52,938 nucleotides of DNA from Macrostomum lignano. Taxonomy: Eukaryota. The position numbers and the translations under genes are program-made. The notes below the pieces were generated by a model, which was given only the letters and a program-made list of their open reading frames with translations, was not told the DNA's origin and ran no database searches. Location of the stretch: assembly GCA_002269645.1 (NCBI GenBank), contig NIVC01004256.1, positions 1 to 52,938 on the forward strand, in the 5' to 3' direction. This document shows positions 50,301 to 52,938 of this stretch, one piece after another. Within the stretch, counting starts at the first letter, position 1. Every line of letters starts with the position of its first letter.

Positions 50301-52911
50301 TGTGAAGAGAAGTATTCTGCTTGTCGCTCCTCCAGACAGTCTCGTGAGACTGAATCAAACCCGACTGCGTGATCTGAAAAGTGACTATCTGAATGAACAT
50401 TATGACAGGCACTGTCTGCAAAGCATAAAAGCTTTTTTGGCTAACTACAGCTTTTCAAAGCCATTTCTTCAGGTAACAACATTCGATCGTCTTCTGGCTA
50501 CCAGGCAAGTTGACGAGCTTTCGAGACTAATTCCAGGAAGCGTAACTTCCGCAAATCTGAGCAAGTTCGAAAGTGAAACGCAATTTATGGAGTTCATTAG
50601 GCGCTTCCTTAGTACGGATGATATGACGACACTCATTTTGCAGTTTGAAGGTCTCAGACTGAACTATCAAAACCTTCTCGCGTGTGCCAAGTATCTGATA
50701 GAAGAACAGTTTAAAGAGCTGGCTGAGAAGAGTCCAAATGTTTATCAGAATAAGCGAGTAATGCTGTTTATCAAGCTTGTCCGATCGCATGCCAATCCAT
50801 TCACTGGATTTGACTCGGGGACTTGGCAGTCTGTGCACATTGAGGAGTTGGTGCCGTCCGGCAGGGTGAACATTCGTCTGTTGGACACTATGCCAGTTTC
50901 CGCTGCTGTAAAACTTAGCTATGAGGCCTTCCCTGCTGATGCCAACGAATTTGCTATGGAAATTGATCAGTCTCTCTTGCTCGACAGAGATCTGGGTATT
51001 CCTATCGACTTGCGTCTTCTAATTGAGCAGTCTTTGCATCAGGCAATGAGCATGCTTAGAGATGGCGGCGATCGCGATTCCAACGAGACTGACAGCCGCC
51101 TGATGGAGAGACAAGAGATTCTGAGTGGCGCGTTGAGAGATGACCAGTCAGGGGGCCAAAAATTTTTCGAATGCATGTGCAAGTTCGTTGTTAATGTACT
51201 TACGTGGAAAGACGAGAGCTCACTTGCTATGTACAGTCCTAACGAGTGGCTCAGTCGAGAAGCTGCTCGAGACTTGAATGTTCTAAACGCTGGTACCTTC
51301 ATGTAAGTTAAGATAGAGTTAAGCAATTATTTTTTAAAGCATTATGCAATTACTTGTAGTTTCTTTTTTCCATGTAATCTATAGCGAGAGCACGTGGCGC
51401 GTCCTGAGACAGAAAGTGGCTCCTGCCATCGCCTGCTTCCTGGCATTATCCGACCGAGACCAGAACCTCAACTGCTACCGACGCGATGGCCTGCGAGGCC
51501 TGTGGCTGCGCATGGTGGAGCCGTCATCCGGTCTCGACCAGATCACGGAGAACCTGGTGAAGGGAACCACGGGCGACTTCCAGAGAATTGAGGTCGCTTC
51601 GTCCTCATGCGACGGTCGCCGGTTCGCGTGCCGATTCCCGTTCTCCTGGGCGGTGGTGGAGCGGCTGGAGCGAATCTGCAACAAAGAGCAGCAGAGAGAA
51701 GCAGAGCGCTTAATGGAGCTGTTCTTGAATAGCACCCCGATCGGCCAAGTTCTCCAAGATGAAGAGGCCATCCCGGATCTGGTTGGCGGCTTCTGTCATG
51801 ACCTTGTGAGAATTCGCATCGCAGGAGTAACCGAGGAAATGCTGCAGGTGCTGGTTCCCGTGATGCTGCGAGGACTCAGCGGCAGAGCCGAAACTTGTCT
51901 GGGCGCCGCGGTGTTCGAGAGCTTCTGGCTGTTCAAAGAGTTCAGCCAGCAGATGACGCTGGTGACTAGGCTGATGAAGAAGGTTCCGGGCCTGGCGCTG
52001 CAAGTGGACAGGATTGACAGGCTCGAAGAACTACCCGAGGTAAGTTTGATCGCTTCCAACAGAACAGTTGCCACGTGTCTTCACATGAAATGAAGTGATA
52101 CCAGCTCCTCGAATAGGTTCTTAACTTTTCAATATTTGAATGAAGTAATATTCAACTTGGGTACTTATATAAATGGCTAGCAACCTCGGTTTTTGGCTTT
52201 GGAATAGTACTCAATCAAGTTGGATGTTTATTTAAGATGGTTTATAGTTACATGTGCATGTAGTTTGCTGGAGCGCTTTAGGCACGGTCGCAAAATCAAG
52301 GTAGTCTTGATTCATTCTAAATTTTCTGGGCAAATGGTATAATATCTTCAGTTCTTGAATGCTCGGGCAATGGGCCAATGAATTTTCCGATACTTAAAAG
52401 TCACGTTTAAAGTCATACTCCATGTCGCCTGATGAGGCCACCAAAAACGTGTTGCATTTCAGGCCCTGTTTGACGCATTTTATGAGTACTTCGAGACGAA
52501 CAAGCGTGACCTGAACGCGGCCGAGAAGCGAGCCGTCTGGCTGAACCGGGTGGAACGGGCCCAGTCGGTGATTGACAGCCTGTTGAGCAATTTCGGCAAG
52601 CCTGCCATGGACTCGCATTGGCAGCGCATTGTGTGCGTCTACCTGTTTCTGAAGAACGTCACGCACCGTTCGATGCGAGTCAAGAGAATGGAGAGAGTTC
52701 TATTAAGCCTATTCAGCTATGGACTGTAATTAAACTTTTTTGTACTTTTTTCATTAAAATACGAACTTTAAAATACTAAGTTTACTTTAATCTTTGGTGT
52801 TTCAGTCTCTGGGCAAAAATCCGAGTGCCAACTTCAGCGACGTATCCGGACTTCGATTGGTTGAAGACTTCTTGAACAAAATGAAGGAGGACTTGACAGT
52901 CAAACTGCTCG
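38388..52911 (+). CDS. RNF213: RNF213 (mysterin)-like giant AAA+ ATPase / E3 ubiquitin ligase, 3'-truncated by the window; exons 38388-40994, 41330-41577, 41659-41904, 42041-42251, 42363-42704, 42793-42903, 42983-43117, 43251-43446, 43670-43972, 44123(or 44052)-51302, 51385-52039, 52463-~52696, 52806-52911
   Basis: N-terminal KFCSECG Zn-ribbon, CBM20-like segment (FDYKYAV), TSNRSGMGKS and FHLDI, Walker A GETGCGKT (47908-47931), Walker B ILFFDE, IAACNPYRKH, LVYRVKPLP, WDFGSL, second Walker A GKPGSSKS (48928-48951), VVILDEVGLAE, GISNWALDPAKMNRG, IFGSSFPKD, RFPIPLINRLEKH, CRFPFSW. Splice phases are consistent except for two ambiguous junctions (44052/44123 and ~52680-52805). About 4190 aa modelled; RING and RZ fingers would lie beyond the window. 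Confidence 0.93.
39010..39480 (+). repeat. Coding tandem repeat inside RNF213 exon 1 (51-bp/17-aa units preceded by diverged ~45-bp units)
   Basis: MSASPSDRNQVQQQPAQ repeated about five times; period 39249 to 39300 = 51 bp. Upstream variants MSVSPSDQQLQLGTE and MSASLFSQQLQPGAG. Confidence 0.93.
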
Positions 52912-52938
52912 GTGAGTTGAGGATTTATATATTTGTTA

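Noticed and set aside
45685-51326. Minus-strand ORFs of 60-183 aa within the RNF213 giant exon
   Set aside because: Antisense shadows of a long coding exon with no independent coding signals.

Overview
Eukaryotic (invertebrate animal-like) genomic window with GT-AG introns and no prokaryotic features. Positions 1-12474 are a nearly invariant 118-bp satellite array (~105 copies). Four genes follow: (1) a class A peptide-receptor-like GPCR with an uninterrupted ORF (12858-13883, -); (2) a six-coding-exon SLC16/monocarboxylate-transporter-like MFS gene (30424-19423, -; 507 aa from my splice model) whose long introns hold six unrelated minisatellites; (3) head-to-head with it, a three-exon sulfotransferase-fold gene of the atypical 'W..PRSISTA' family (32790-34960, +; 271 aa); (4) a giant RNF213/mysterin-like AAA+ ATPase/E3 ligase gene (38388 to past the window end, +; ~4190 aa modelled, cut off just before the expected RING). 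Interspersed elements include two tRNA-derived SINE families (one copy full length with a 14-bp TSD), a TA-flanked MITE, a foldback element and many minisatellites. Best leads: the GPCR / MCT / sulfotransferase neighbourhood; an RNF213 with a duplicated Zn-ribbon and a coding VNTR; minisatellites that look like amplified MITE termini (CCATAGAC motif); and an intronic 21-bp VNTR that extends MCT exon 1 in frame into a heptad repeat. All gene models were derived by eye from splice signals and reading phase, without alignments or RNA data. The genome style suggests a lophotrochozoan such as a free-living flatworm, but this is a weak inference.
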